A DNA stretch of 64,000 bases. Source: Psilocybe cubensis. Lineage: Eukaryota. Each line of letters begins with the position of its first letter. The stretch's first letter is position 1. The notes beneath the pieces are model-generated. The model saw only the letters and a program-made list of their open reading frames with translations. It was not told the origin of the DNA and did no database searches. The translations under genes were made by a program, and so were the position numbers. The stretch is from the NCBI GenBank assembly GCA_017499595.2, contig CM038999.1, positions 682,001 to 746,000 of the forward strand, given 5' to 3'. This document shows, piece by piece, positions 13,859-27,095 of the stretch.

Positions 13859-16025
13859 TCACAAAAGTTTTCTGGTGTCAATATATCTGCAAATGATATC
13901 GAAGCATACGGTGCAGGCACACTTGTTGAGTCCTTCGACTTCTCCTTTTCTGAACTTTCTACTCGCCTGTTCTCAAGAGCATTGTTGATATTCTCTAGTT
14001 CCTCCATAAGCATTAAGCCCCACTTGTTAGGTCCATCAATGCTTGAATCATGGCCAAATCCCCATCGCACAATTTGACGGAGGTGAGAATAATCTCTGAT
14101 TAGCTCGCCACAGCTTGCAATCTTATTAATTACCTCATCGGAGATAATCATACTACTTGAAAAGCTTGATAGGTTGCTGTAAACCGCGTCCATCAGATTA
14201 TGCTCTCGGAACTTGAAGAGTTTATTTCGAATATAGTTCTGTTCTTCTTCTGGCATTTTTTTCTTGCGTCCACGCTTTAAGCTGGTGAGTTGATGTCGCA
14301 CTATATTGTCCAATGGAAATAAATGAGGCTGACAGTTGTCACAGCACCGTGAAGTATGTGTAGTGGGGTTATACGTTGTCGTTTCCTGATATATAAGCTG
14401 AACTAATGTTCAGGTAAGTACTATACAATATTAGAATAAAAGAAACTTGACACTCACGTTTGCTTGCATTATTAAAGAATGCATCCCAGATCTTTCGGCG
14501 GCACTCTTTTGTGATCACAAAATTTAGCAAGGCCCGAGTTTCTTGCAGGTGAGTGTTTGTTTTTGTTTGCACTTTCCGTTTGCCTTTGGAGTGCCGTACA
14601 GAAGGTGTCATCGCAAACGTAGCATCAGCGTCTTCGTTATCTGACTCAGCTGCATTTGCAATTCGGACTCCTTCTTCATCTAGTGCTTCGACAGAGCGAT
14701 CCAGTTCTTGTTCACTAATAGGCCGATTTAATGCCTCGCCTTCAGCAGCCGCCATGACAATAGTATCGTTAAATGCATCCTCAGTAATTTCACCCTTTGC
14801 TATTCCTGGATTAACAATTAGTATTGCCTCAGCATCTGTATTGAGGTCTCTTCCTGCACGACCAATTCTCTGTACAAGAGAACAGAAGGTTTCAGGCAAC
14901 CCCCATAGGACAACTCGAGCAATATTGCGGAGGTCGCATCCCTGAGGTATGTTATTAGATTTGGTAAAATTAAATCATACAGACGCACCATTCCTAATGC
15001 CTCTGTACAGATGACAATCCGGATTTTATTATCAGAAAGCAGCTGTTCAATTTCGCGTTTACGGTCATTTCCAACGCAAGAATGGTAGAAAGCAATGGTA
15101 TTGCGAGGTATGCTTTGCTCTTCTGCCCAATCTCGAAGTCGATCAGCACAGTCCTCTGTTGTTGCACGCTGATTGCAATATACAAGAGTAACAGGTATGT
15201 CGTCCGAGTTATTTGCGTTTTGTGGAATTAAAAACCGCAAATCAGCCTTTGACGCATTGTCAAACTCCATGGTACGGACAGATAATGCAATGTTTGGTCG
15301 AGCGTTACTAACCCTGACCATTTTTGGATTTGCCAAACGTAGCTTTCCTAAGACATCGCTGAGAACATGGTCTGGTAATGTTGCCGATGCCGCTAAAATG
15401 GGTACATTGACAGGAATTCGACCTCGCAAGATGCCCAAGTTGCCATAATCTGGCCGAAAGCTACCACCCCACATGGTAATACAGTGGGCTTCATCAATGT
15501 TTACAGACCGAAGATGGTCTGTGATTTCTGGCTTCGACCAGACAAATTTGTGAAACTCAGGTGAAGCTGCAATCTCTGGCGAGACCATAATGTGTTGAAA
15601 CACCCCTCTAAGAATGTCGGAATACAGCTGATCTTTTCCGACTTGAGAAACTGTCTGTGCACAAACAGCTACAGTGTTTAACACAGCGCTTGATGTCTAG
15701 TAGGTGTCCAATGAATTATTAATAACATATTAATTCTCCTATTACAAAATTTGATACGTACTTGGTCAATCATCAGAGCAGTCAATGGTGATACGGTGAT
15801 TGACATATCAGATTTACATAGCATCAGTGGCAGCAAGAAGCACAGTGATTTCCCGCAACCCGTGCCAACATCAAGAACCACATCTTTTCCTTGCAAAATT
15901 GCCTCGGCAGCTATTAATTGCCATCGGAAAGGTCTTTTGCAAAGTATTTTCCATGAGAGATCGCTAAGAATGTTCAAAAGGGCTTCGTCTCCTTTGTACT
16001 GTTGAACCTTTGAAGAAATAGGCAT
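13855..16025 (-). CDS. RecQ-like superfamily II helicase carried by the transposon, multi-exon
   Basis: PFRWQ, Walker A GTGCGKS, SPLTALMIDQ, SPE, IDEAHCITMWGGSFRPDY, ASATL, FYHS, CTEALGMGCD, QRIGRAGR, ECRRKIW, CCDNC. Confidence 0.9.
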
Positions 16026-19000
16026 TTCGAAGATGGAGTAAGAAAAATTGAGATTTGAAACATAGCTACACCAATGTTTTCGTACACATATTGGCTGACC
16101 AGTCTCAATTCAAATCATCCGACCTGGTAAAAATACTGCATAGATTACTTTTCCAAAGCCATTCTGCTCTGTACATCTCAATACTATTAAACAGATTAGG
16201 GGTGCTAATTAACGACGCGTCGACGCCAAGGTAGTATAAATGATGGTGTTTGGCCAAGGCCTTGCACGTGCACCTTTTATTCCCTATTTCAGCCAAAATG
16301 TGCCAAGGCTCGCTCTCATGTACTGCCTTACGGTTAAACCCCACCAGACTATCTACGGAGTATACCGTGTGAAACCTGGTATATCCGGATTGTCTGGAGT
16401 CGAGACTATGACTGGTCAGTGGTCAAGCCGTACGCGGGCATCAGCTGGACAAGCGACCGGGCACGTGCACGGAGGTGCCGAGACTGGCACTGAGCCTTGT
16501 ACCTCCCCATCTCGGGCAGCAAATGCCCATAACTCGCTGTATTGAGCCGATCCGCTTTAATCCTACCGTGCTTAACCTTGTCTTCAGTTCACAACACAAG
16601 CTGTGTATCGGCTATGAATGCACGGTATGAAGTACTTGGACAACATAACGATCTTACGTTCATTGACATTTCCCCAGCCTGAGGATCGTCGAGGAAGCCA
16701 AGGTGCGCGGCACAAAGCCACGAAATTCCCAAGGGCTCTGGGACAGTCCCTGCATGCCTGGGGCGTGCCATGAAGCCGGGGCCGCAAGGCGAGGGTGAGT
16801 AGACCGCTACGACCGGACAACCCTCCGGTCAGTGATAGCCAACGCAGTCGTAGCCAGGCGACTGCGTTCGAGAATCTGGGCGAATGAACGGGAAACTTCT
16901 TGGAGCGGCTCAGAGATGCTAGACAAGACAGGCAAACAACGGGTGTCTGCACAACACTCGCCCAGCGATGCACGGTGACGCAATGCATGCAGGTGGCCGG
17001 AGACGGGGCATTGCCGTTCATTGAACAGCAATTAACAAACTTTTCATAGATAGCTGCGCATCTAACTCTTGCTGTGAAAAACGACCTACAAAAGGAAAAT
17101 GGAGGGCGGAGCATCTACATATACCGGTCAGAAATTACTTTTTGCGTAGAAATGAAGAAACCGATCCTACACGTCGTATACCCGGATGAGTATTTAATTG
17201 GGCAGACCCAAAGATATAACCTACAGCGTGAACACTCGAATCAAAATGGCATCTGGACCCTACCGTCGGTCTATACATTGTCAGAATCACGTATAGATAG
17301 CACCTCGGCTCGAAGGACCTAGGTTGGAGTTAATGCTCTAGAAATGTCCGAAGTGAAGCGATTGTAGTCTGGCAAACTCGCTATGAAGTAGATAGCGTCC
17401 ACACAGCGCCAGCTCGGGAGAAAGTCGGATATGAATTGAGAAGGAGAGCGATGTTATCGAGTTCCCTCCCAGGCTGTTTATCGGTTAAAATTATCCACAT
17501 TCTGCAGTGGTCCATCCAGTAACTCGCCACTTCCGACCAAATAGGAATCGGACCTCTATATCCATGCGGCCGTTTAGCACAGAAGTGCGATTACTTTGGA
17601 GCATTTTCACCGCTGAATGAATATTCTGTGGTCAAAGAGAGCGTTGAAGTGTATTTCAAACGCAACCCAGATAACAGGAGCCTGCAAATAGCCGACGCGA
17701 AGCCTGTCTTCTTGGTTCCTTTGTGATCTGTCGTGATTCTATCGTTGAGTGAGATTTACGGTGTTAAAGAGCTTCTCTTTACTCACTTGATGTCTTCAAA
17801 AATAACGGATCAGATACAATATTGCACTGTAGCACAGAACAACCCTCAAATGATGTGACGAACATCCAACGATCATAAACTGCGGCCACGTACTGACTGT
17901 ATTAAGAAGGTTATTCGGCACCCTTGATGCGCATATATGCACCCATTGTGTTGATTAAGGGGTTGAATACGGCAGACCGTTTAACCCACTGGCTCTCAAC
18001 AAGCAGAAGATTCCAGCTGATCGATGCCAGGGTTTTCAATTTAAAGCTTTACCACACCACTATGTATGGTAGCGGTCACAGGGATTTCCCGACGAAGGGC
18101 GCGCATATAAACACTAGAAAGCAAAAATAAAAGTTAAACACACATTGTATTACCTCCACCATTCGATAGTTCCCCTTTTCACTCACAAAGATGTGTTGCC
18201 TGGCACCTGACCCTTTCGCAGTGATGTTATACGTAGTGAGTTGGCAATTTGTGTCCTCTTGACGTAGTTAGATGGGAGATACACCCAAGCTAGGATGTTT
18301 CCTTAAGAACATCATCCTGAGGGCTGCTGTGGGCGGTTCGACGGATGGAACTCTCCTGTAGATTTAAAACGGTCATAATTCTATGTTAGTACTTCTTGAA
18401 AAGTAGAAATCTCAATTAAATGCCGGATTGTGATGGTAGTAAGAGATCAAGGGTCTGCCAAAATCGGTAGGCGCCCACAGTGTGACCCCACGTGACAAGA
18501 TAACAAGGCCAGGCAATTTCACCAAATCGCCAAATTTTCATTGTTCTCGTCTTAACCACCATTGGCGCCCTCCAAATTTGCGTTTAAAACCTGTTATTTC
18601 TGTTCCAAATGGATACCAGACTCCAGGATTGCCGCAAGGGGACCTCTGGGCTATATTTATCTGTGCTCCATGTTGTGTTGGAGGAGAAACCCCGGATCTG
18701 TCCCACGAAGTGTTTGTTCTTTGCTCTGAAGAACACCTACGGCTACGACGCGTTTGAAAAGAGGAATCCGTTTGCATAGGATCTTTAAGTGAGATAACAA
18801 TCTGCTTATGCTCGTTGTATTGCATGGCAAATGTGTTCACGCTGACTTGAAAAAGCAGCATGTATGCAGCAGTTTTAGGTCCAGAATTCATATGTCGTTT
18901 TCAAACCGGCTTTCAAATGGTTCTAGATAGTGTCCATCTTGATGACAGAAGTCCACAACCTCGATGAAACGAGGCCCATGCTACCTTCAGTTTCAAAAAT

Positions 19001-19174
19001 AACCATAGGTGACACATTCCGGGGATTCTCCCGTCACTTCTCCGCTCCAAATGTAATTTTACGGCAACCCCAGTCGTAATGGTCCCATCGACTTCAGTTT
19101 AAAAGCATGGGAAATCAGTTAGTGCACTTTGTTCTTCCCCTCGAACCTCTTGCTTTTAGTTCACACACACAAAC

Positions 19175-22125
19175 ATGGCTGGTGGTCCCGCTGTTGCATC
19201 GGATGGCGCTGGCTATAGGCAGTTTATTACAGATACTCGGCCATGGTACAAGAACAAACGTTGGTATCAGCTTCGAAACTTCTACGTCAAAAACACTGAA
19301 TTTTTTTCGTAGGCATTATTGCCCTTAATTTATGCATCTGCTTGCTGTATGTCATTATCAAGGACCTCATGCTCATGCTGCCTAACTCATAAATGTAATA
19401 GACTCATCACATCGTCGACGAACGGTTACGATGGTAAGAGGGTCTTGGAATTTGATGTACAGTAACCCTGCTGACGACAATTTTACAGGTAGTATGATGA
19501 GTGGGTATATCCTTTCGTCATTTGAAGTGGAGTACTCAGTGAGTCTTCACCAGATGGTTTGCAGAGTGTCACGGCTTGGGAAGATGAATTCCACACCCCG
19601 CATGGAGGCAAAGTATGTGGGCTATAATTTCCTACTTATGTTGCAGTCTAAATATGTGTCGTGGCGTAGTTGGGGCTCTTCAATGCAATCCAGGCATGCT
19701 TCACCTCATACCCTTCAATATGTCTGTTCTAAACCTGGAATCCTAGAACATCGGGTCTCTCGCCGCATACCCCTTCGCTCCATACTTCGCTGATGGCTTT
19801 GGTCGTCGCCCAACCATTTTCTTCGGAGCATGTATCATGGTAGCCGCTACCATTCTGCAAACGGCGGCACACTCCTTCGGAATGTTTATCGGTGCACGGT
19901 GCGTACATGTCCCCATTATGGCGTGCACAGGATGCTAAATTATTTTTGCCTATCGGACGATTCGGATATCCCGCAATGCAGATTCCTCATTGGCTTTGGT
20001 CTCACATTCGCCGCAGCAGCTGCCCCTCTTCTCGTCACGGAAATCGCATATCCAACTCAACGTGCTCAGGCGACCTCCATGTACAACACACTCTGGTAAG
20101 AAACCTCCTAAACGTCATGAAATAATCGTAACATTGATCACACTATACTTCGTTAATCTTAGGTATCTCGGAAGTATAATGTATGCTCCATATCTACTCC
20201 TCTCAACTGATCAGTAGCACTGACGCCGTGATCATCTGTTCTCAGTGCGGCGTGGACAGTAAGTTCAATACATTTTTGGTGTTGATACGTCGGATGAAGT
20301 CAGTGCTCACGCGCTGTGCTATTTTAGACCTTTGGCACGTTCCGCATCAACAACAACTGGGCATGGCGCATTCCCTCCGCTTTGCAAGGCTTGCCGTCGG
20401 TTCTCCAAATTTTCCTCATTTGGCTGGTCCCCGAGTCTCCTCGTTTCCTCGTCAGCAAAGGACGGTGAGTTTGCTTGCTTTTCTGCCCTTCAAAAATTCT
20501 TAATATTCTTGTTCATAGTGAAGCCGAGGCACTTAAGACTTTGGCGTATTACCACGCAAATAGCAACCAGTGCGTGCGCATGACCTTGCTGGTTTAAATT
20601 TATACTAACTTCCCAACAGAAATGACCCGCTCGTCCAATACGAGTTCGAGGAGATCAAAGCTGCCATTGCCTTCGATCGAGATGTTGCCGCTAACGTCGG
20701 ATGGCTTTCTTTGTTCAAGTCTGCGGGTAACCGCCGCCGTATGCGCATTATTATTGCCATCGCTTTCTTCTCACAGTGGTCTGGCAACGGTCTGGTGTGA
20801 GTAATTTTTTTCATTCAGTCAAGCAATCACTGATATACATTCTATTCCAGATCTTACTGTGAATATTTTTGTATTTTTGGCTTTCTGGCATTGTTTAACT
20901 CGTGCTTGATACTATAGACCTCAACAAGGTTTTCATCAGTATTGGAAGTAAGCTCAATCCCTTTGTCCTCGGGTCAATCATCAATCTAACACTGTCTTAG
21001 TCACCGACAACAGTACCCAGCTTCTCATCGTACGCATTCGCTTTGTAGATTGTGGCCATTGACACTGATGCATTTGTTTCTCACAGAATGGTATCTTGAA
21101 CATCTGGAACTTTATCATCGCCATCGGTGCCGGATTCTTGTGTGAGAGAGTTGGACGCAGACGCCTGTTCATGACATCGACTATCGGCATGTTGATCTTC
21201 TGGACTCTCCAATCTGTCTGCGTGTCTTTGTACGCCCAGGACAACAACAGGAAGGGAGCTGCTCACACTGTTATTGCCATGATCTGTGAGTTATCAATTT
21301 GGTAAATTATTTTTCCGTTTTGCTGACATGGTTGCAATGCTATTTTACAGTCTTGTTCTACGGTTTCTGTGAGTCTTTTTTTAGATATATATGACTTCAG
21401 AAACTGACAACTGCTCACAGACGATGTGTGTTATTATGCTTATTTCAATTTGTGGAATGACCTAACTTGATGTCTCCAGCTTGCCTTCACCCCTCTTATT
21501 GTATCGTATGTAACTGTGATCTGCTTTTCGTCACTTTGACTTATACGTTCTAAAGATACACCGTTGAAATTCTACCTTACTCGCTCCGTGCTAAAGGATT
21601 CACCATTTTCAACTTCTCAATTTCGTTGTCTCTCATCTTCAACCAGTATGTCCATCTCCCTGAAGTATAGTTTGTCTTTTTAATTCTCTTGCCTCAGATA
21701 CGTCAACCCAATTGCTCTTGCACACCTCGGCTGGAAGTACTATGTAAGCGTTCTTGGGAACTAGTTGGGAGTGTATGCTTATGGTCAATTAGATGGTGTA
21801 CGTTGCCTGGATTGCATTCGAAGTCGTATTCTGCTACTTCTTCATCATTGAAACCAAAGGGGTCAGTAATTTCCTTCCTTTTTTGAAAACATTGTTTGAC
21901 ACCATGGTCGTACATTACAGCTCAGTCTTGAGGAAACTGCTGCGTACGTCTTTGATTCAATGCATTTTCATTACATGACACATATTAATCTGTTCTTTAA
22001 CCAGACTATTCGACGGCGACGAAACTGTCAATATGATCACCGGAACAGCTCATGTTGGAACAACCGGAGAGAAGGACATTGACAACGACAGCAACGAGAA
22101 GATCTCTGACACTCGAATTGAGTGA
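19175..22125 (+). CDS. MFS sugar porter (lactose permease/cellodextrin transporter-like), about 20 introns
   Basis: TSSTNGYDGSMM, ADGFGRRP, EIAYPTQRA, WAWRIPS, VPESPRFL, SQWSGNGLVSYY, ERVGRRRL, YTVEILPYSLRAKG, IETKG. Confidence 0.9.
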
Positions 22126-22623
22126 ATACTGTCGTAGTGGTCTTTCATTTTTCGATCCAGCTCGTCCCTCGTCATCCTCCCCTCGCAATAACTGCAAGTG
22201 TATTTGTTATCGCACCCCGCGCACACACAGATATCCCCTTTGATATACCAACTGACTACTTGTGGCATCGTCGACCTTTACGTACTTACCTCCGCGTCCC
22301 ATAACAAATTAATCACAGGAGTCAGGAATGTATTGTACTAGTATCTGTTCGGTATCACTTATTCCTCCAATTAAATTTTCCTTCTCTTTCAGTTCGCGAA
22401 GTCTTCGAACCTCCGTGGGATTACATATAATTAAACAGAATCAAACGTGTCGTAAGTATTTACGACGCGTGGGGCCTTACAGCTTTCTGCCCGTCAAGTT
22501 TGAGGTTCGCCTTTCACTCAGATTCTATGGGTATGAATCTGCAGCAGTGTAATTCATGCCAAAAATTTATTGCAGTGTATAACTATCTGACGTCGTCAAC
22601 AAATCAGTTGTATAATACTTCCT

Positions 22624-24427
22624 TCAAGGCAAAAGGTCAGTATGATATAATAATAAAATTGCCTTTCTGAAGGTATGTAAACTTACATCTTCGTATATAC
22701 GCCATTTGTTACTGTGATCGTTTTGTGTATCAAAACCAGCGTAAGTAGCCAAGAGACGGGGATTCGTTACGGGTTCAGGGTAAGTTACAGTCAACTTGAT
22801 TTCGTGGTTGTACCCAATTGACTTCGTATGGTTTTCAAGTTGCTTAATGAGATCCATATGTTGTGGGTGGTCGAAGGCCACGTTTAGGCAGTGTAGTGGT
22901 GCCAATTCCCCTGATTGGGCAGATTCCATTTGATTCAACAAATTTGGATGTCTGACTCTCTGTCAATTAGTTCCAGCGACTTCAGACATGGTAGAGGAGG
23001 TCCGAGTCTTTGAATTTGCCCACTGGGCGCGTTTTCTATGTGCTCTGGTATCAGAAAAACTTCTGAAAAATTCCATAGAGTGGACGTCTCATTCCCCGCC
23101 TTCACAAAGTCCTCGATAGATCCATAAGAGAAGTGGGTTATGTGGTCTATATTGCGTAGCAAAAATGCCATATCTGCACTCGAATATCGACTTGCATGCA
23201 ATCTAAGTTTCTTTAAATGTATTGACCTTCGTAATAGTCCCGCGAACGCATCGGATGGTCTTTCCGCTCGGTATCGAGCCCAGAATAAAATCTCAGATAA
23301 CTGAGGGGCATCGATGGCATTGTAGAAGGCGATCGAATCACGTCCACCAATAAGGTCTGCGATGTTCATTGTGCAAAGATGTGGAAGGTAAATTGTGGAA
23401 AACTTTTCTGGAGAGTTCTGCCTGGATAATCGACATAAAGTAAGCTTCAAATGAACTAGCCCTGAGCATTTCTGAAGGAGAGTTACGGCCTCTTGGTAGG
23501 ATAAACTTTCATAAATAAATAAAGATGTGAGGTTTTCCCATGGACCAAAAGCCACTGATTCTGGAGCGTGCGCAAGTGATAAAGATTTGAGGTTCGGAGC
23601 GTATAGCATTTCCTCTTGTTCTATGATCAACTCGGGACCAACGTCATAAAATGTGATTCTTAGCCTTACAAGGCTATGGACCTGTATGGGAATGATGTTT
23701 TCTTGCATTAAAGTGCGGTAGAGGTCGAAGGGAAGAAACATTTCGACTGATTGCCAACGTTCAGATACTCTGGCTAGTATCCCAAATAAATGTTTTGACA
23801 GCGCCGAATATTCTGTGGGGACGTTGGAGTCCCAGGGATCTTGGGCACTCACAAAGCGGATGGATAGAGAAAGAGAACAATCAGCAGAACGTCGAAACCA
23901 CTCTTCAATCGCGAGACATCGAAGAAGGAGTTTTTCTATTATATCTATAGTCGGAAGTCGATTGATTTTGGTTAGCACCTGAGAATAGTCATCGGACGGC
24001 TTGGAAATATCTGGTAATAGGTCGTGGTCTGTAAAGACTATGTGGATTCGAGCCCATAGAAGCGGTGTGGACAGAGCAAGTGACCTCCAGAAACTGCAGA
24101 CATGGCTCAACAAAATGGGCGCTTCTGTGACCAAAATTGCAGGGTTTCGATGGGGATCCAGACAGTGAAAAAATATCTCACGAAGAATGTCTGCTGGGAT
24201 TCGACGCATTGGTGATAATATGGAACTATAGCACTCGATGGTTTCCTTGACCTTGGATCGTTCTTGATTTCGGTTAAACGTATTTCCAGTATCCTCATAT
24301 CCTCGTCCAATTCGTCTAGCTCCTGCGTAATCTCACAAAGTAGGTTTCGGACCTTTGGAACGTCAACCTCCGATGGCTCGTCGTTAGTTGTCAGAAGCCT
24401 GTCTATCGAATTTTGTTCTGAATGCAT
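22624..24427 (-). pseudogene. F-box/LRR-like gene, frameshifted
   Basis: LLTTNDEPSE coiled coil, then LSPMRRIPADILREIFFHC..LLSHVCSFWRSLALSTPLLWARI; frame breaks near 24255 and 22945 without evident introns. Confidence 0.7.
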
Positions 24428-24620
24428 CGTGACTCTGTGCGTCTTTGAGAATTTGACGTATCGTTTGAATGGGTCGATTTCAAAATTTGACTCCTCCAGA
24501 GAGATGTTTAAAGATAAACTAAAGAGATCCGTTCAAAGTGAAGTATAGCAGGGCAGACGAAATATGAGAGTTTGTTGGAAGGACGGGAAGAATGCCACAG
24601 AAGAGGGTTCGAGCGGCGTC

Positions 24621-25712
24621 TATGGCTGTCCGTTTGCACATTTAATACCAATCAATAAACTTTTTGTCCCATACATAGAAGTCTCAATTCTACACAATTC
24701 CATATACACACTCTGATGTCCTGGATATAGAGAGATGGTTTCCGAACATATAAATCCAGTATCCATATATTCATAGGTTGCATCCTCAGATACAACTTTG
24801 AGTGCCATACATATAGTTTTGGTGCCCACATATACAAATTACAATCCCTTACATAGAGAAAACACTCCCTTTTATACATATTTTGTTGCCTTACTTATAT
24901 CTGAAGGTTCCCCGTATGATTGTTCTTACCTTTCTTCATCCCGAAGATATACAGTCATTTTTCGGCATTCTGTCTATGCCGTGCATGCCTAGACATCGTG
25001 AGAATCGGCAAATCTCGGCAAATGTGGACACAAATTACAGTTCATTGCCTGTATGCCTATCGACACACGCTGATTGAACATTAAAAAGATGCACATTTAT
25101 CCAATTAATCAGTAAATATATTCCTGTGTAGGCTGATTACAGAAGTAGGTTGTCTTCATAGTTTGAGACGAGTGCTTTGACCAGCCCAGTCGCCGTGCTA
25201 AGGCTTAAAAAGGCCTAAGTTGAGGTTGCAGACAGAAAATTGCATTGGAGTAGTCTATATTCAGTCTTATGTGACTTTAATGTACGAGTGTTTATGCTCA
25301 TGATTAATTTTATAATCTTGTAATGACTGTCCTACTTTCTTCACAAGTAGCAAGCCACTGCAAGCGGGACGAAAATCGAGTTCCCACGCCTCTACGGCAC
25401 AGACGGCACGAATAATATTCATCTGGACAACTCTATATCTTCGGACAAAAGTTGAGGTACATGCGGAGAGGGTCACAGACTATGGTACTGAGTTTTTTTA
25501 TGTATGGATAGCATACCCTTATGTGTGCAGCTCCCATTCAAACTGAAGGGCATGCAAATACAATGACCGGGATAATTTCCTCTATGCTCGGAAATTATCT
25601 CTCTATAACCGGGACACCAAGGTATGTAGTTGGGTTCAAGAAAAATTGTGATTTATATGTATGGGGAAAGAAGTTTATACTTTGGTATTAAATGTGCAAA
25701 CGGACAGCCATA
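24621..25712. mobile_element. Non-autonomous TIR element copy A (1092 bp), TIR TATGGCTGTCCGTTTGCACATTTAATACCAA, 6-bp TSD GGCGTC; IS3EU-like
   Basis: 31-bp perfect TIR; GGCGTC at 24615-24620 and 25713-25718. Confidence 0.92.
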
Positions 25713-25996
25713 GGCGTCGGGCAATTGCCGATGTGTTTGTGCCACAACCCAACGCAGTTCCCACACTTTGACTAGTTTCCTTGCTTCAATGTTGTCCAGA
25801 AATCCTAGATTCACGTTTATTCCGCCTCTTCGTCCGAAATACTTGAAAATTATGCCACCAGTGGATCACCTTTTTCAGTCAAATCAAGCCCCATCAGACA
25901 AGGAACGAATACTAGTTGAGGAGTTTTTGGACCATATTGACAGAGAAATAGAGGAGGTAAGTAATAGACAAAAAGCTAAAGGAAAAGACGGTCGCA

Positions 25997-27095
25997 TATG
26001 GCTGTCCGTTTGCACATTTAATACCAATCATTAAACTTTTTGTCCCATATTTAGAAGTCTTGGACTAAGTCTTCCAATAACTATATCTTATGGTGTCCGA
26101 AGATAGAGAAAAGGCTTCCAATCATAATGATCCCATATCCACACATTTGTATATTGCAACCTTAGGTACAACTTTGAGTACCATACATATAGTTTTGGAG
26201 CCCACATATATATATATATTAGAATCCCTTACATAGGAAACCCATGCCGTTTCATACATTTTTTGCTCCCCCACATATATCTACTGGTTCCGGCAATCTT
26301 AGATTTTACCTGTCGTCGTCCCGAAGAAATACAGGTGATTTTCGGCATTCGTTCCTGCCGTGGCAAGCTTGCCTTCGTGCGAATTCGGCATATCTCGGCA
26401 ATCAGCCAGACGAATCACAGCACATTGCTGTTTTTTCACCTTGACACAGGCAGAGTAAGCACTGACACAGTTTCAAATACTAACCGATTGTGAATGCTAT
26501 AATGTAAGCTAAATACAGCATTATGAGTGTTTTTTCTGAGCCAAGCGCTGTGATAATAGCCAGTAGCAGATATGTTAAGTTTGGTTAAGGTTAAATACAC
26601 CTGAAGTTGAGGTTATAGGTGGTCAATCTACTCAGGGTCAGCTATACGCACAGGTTTTGTGTTTCATCATCAAACTCGAAATTTTTAATGCATATCTGAA
26701 CTTAAAGTATTCCCCTAGCTGCTTCAGGAGTAGCTATCCACCCCAAAGCGGGGTACAAATATAATTCCCACACGGATTCGGCAGTGCCGGCACGCAGGGT
26801 AGTCATCTCGACAACTCTATGTCTTTGGAAAAAATGTTAGATATATGGGGAGGGGATTACAAAGTATGGTACGGGATGTCATATATAGGGGTGAGATGTA
26901 TATATGTATGTACCATTCATTAAAGTTGAAGATTCTGTAAATACAATTATCGGGATGATTTCCTCTATGCTCGGAAACTAGCTCTCTATGAGTGGGACAG
27001 CAATATATATAGTGGGGATCGTATAAAACTGTTCTCTATATGTATGGGACAAAAAGTTTAATGATTGGTATTAAATGTGCAAACGGACAGCCATA
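25997..27095. mobile_element. Non-autonomous TIR element copy B (1099 bp), 6-bp TSD GTCGCA
   Basis: Same TIR family with ~50-bp perfect TIR; GTCGCA at 25991-25996 and 27096-27101. Confidence 0.93.

Larger units (their letters stand above)
10578..16408. mobile_element. Full-length AcademH-like DNA transposon (transposase + RecQ-like helicase), 5831 bp, 9-bp TSD TGACTGGTC
   Basis: TGACTGGTC at 10569-10577 and 16409-16417; termini TAG..CTA; discontinuous inverted blocks 10578-10594/16392-16408, 10666-10681/16375-16390, 10711-10797/16265-16351; two convergent genes inside. Confidence 0.9.

Noticed and set aside
13855-16025. Host RecQ helicase (Sgs1/Hrq1)
   Set aside because: Compact, lacks the long host N-terminus, and lies inside TIR/TSD boundaries opposite a transposase-like gene
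16584-17114. 176-aa minus-strand ORF beside the transposon
   Set aside because: Outside the TSD, no recognisable motif; probably displaced upstream DNA of the aminopeptidase gene
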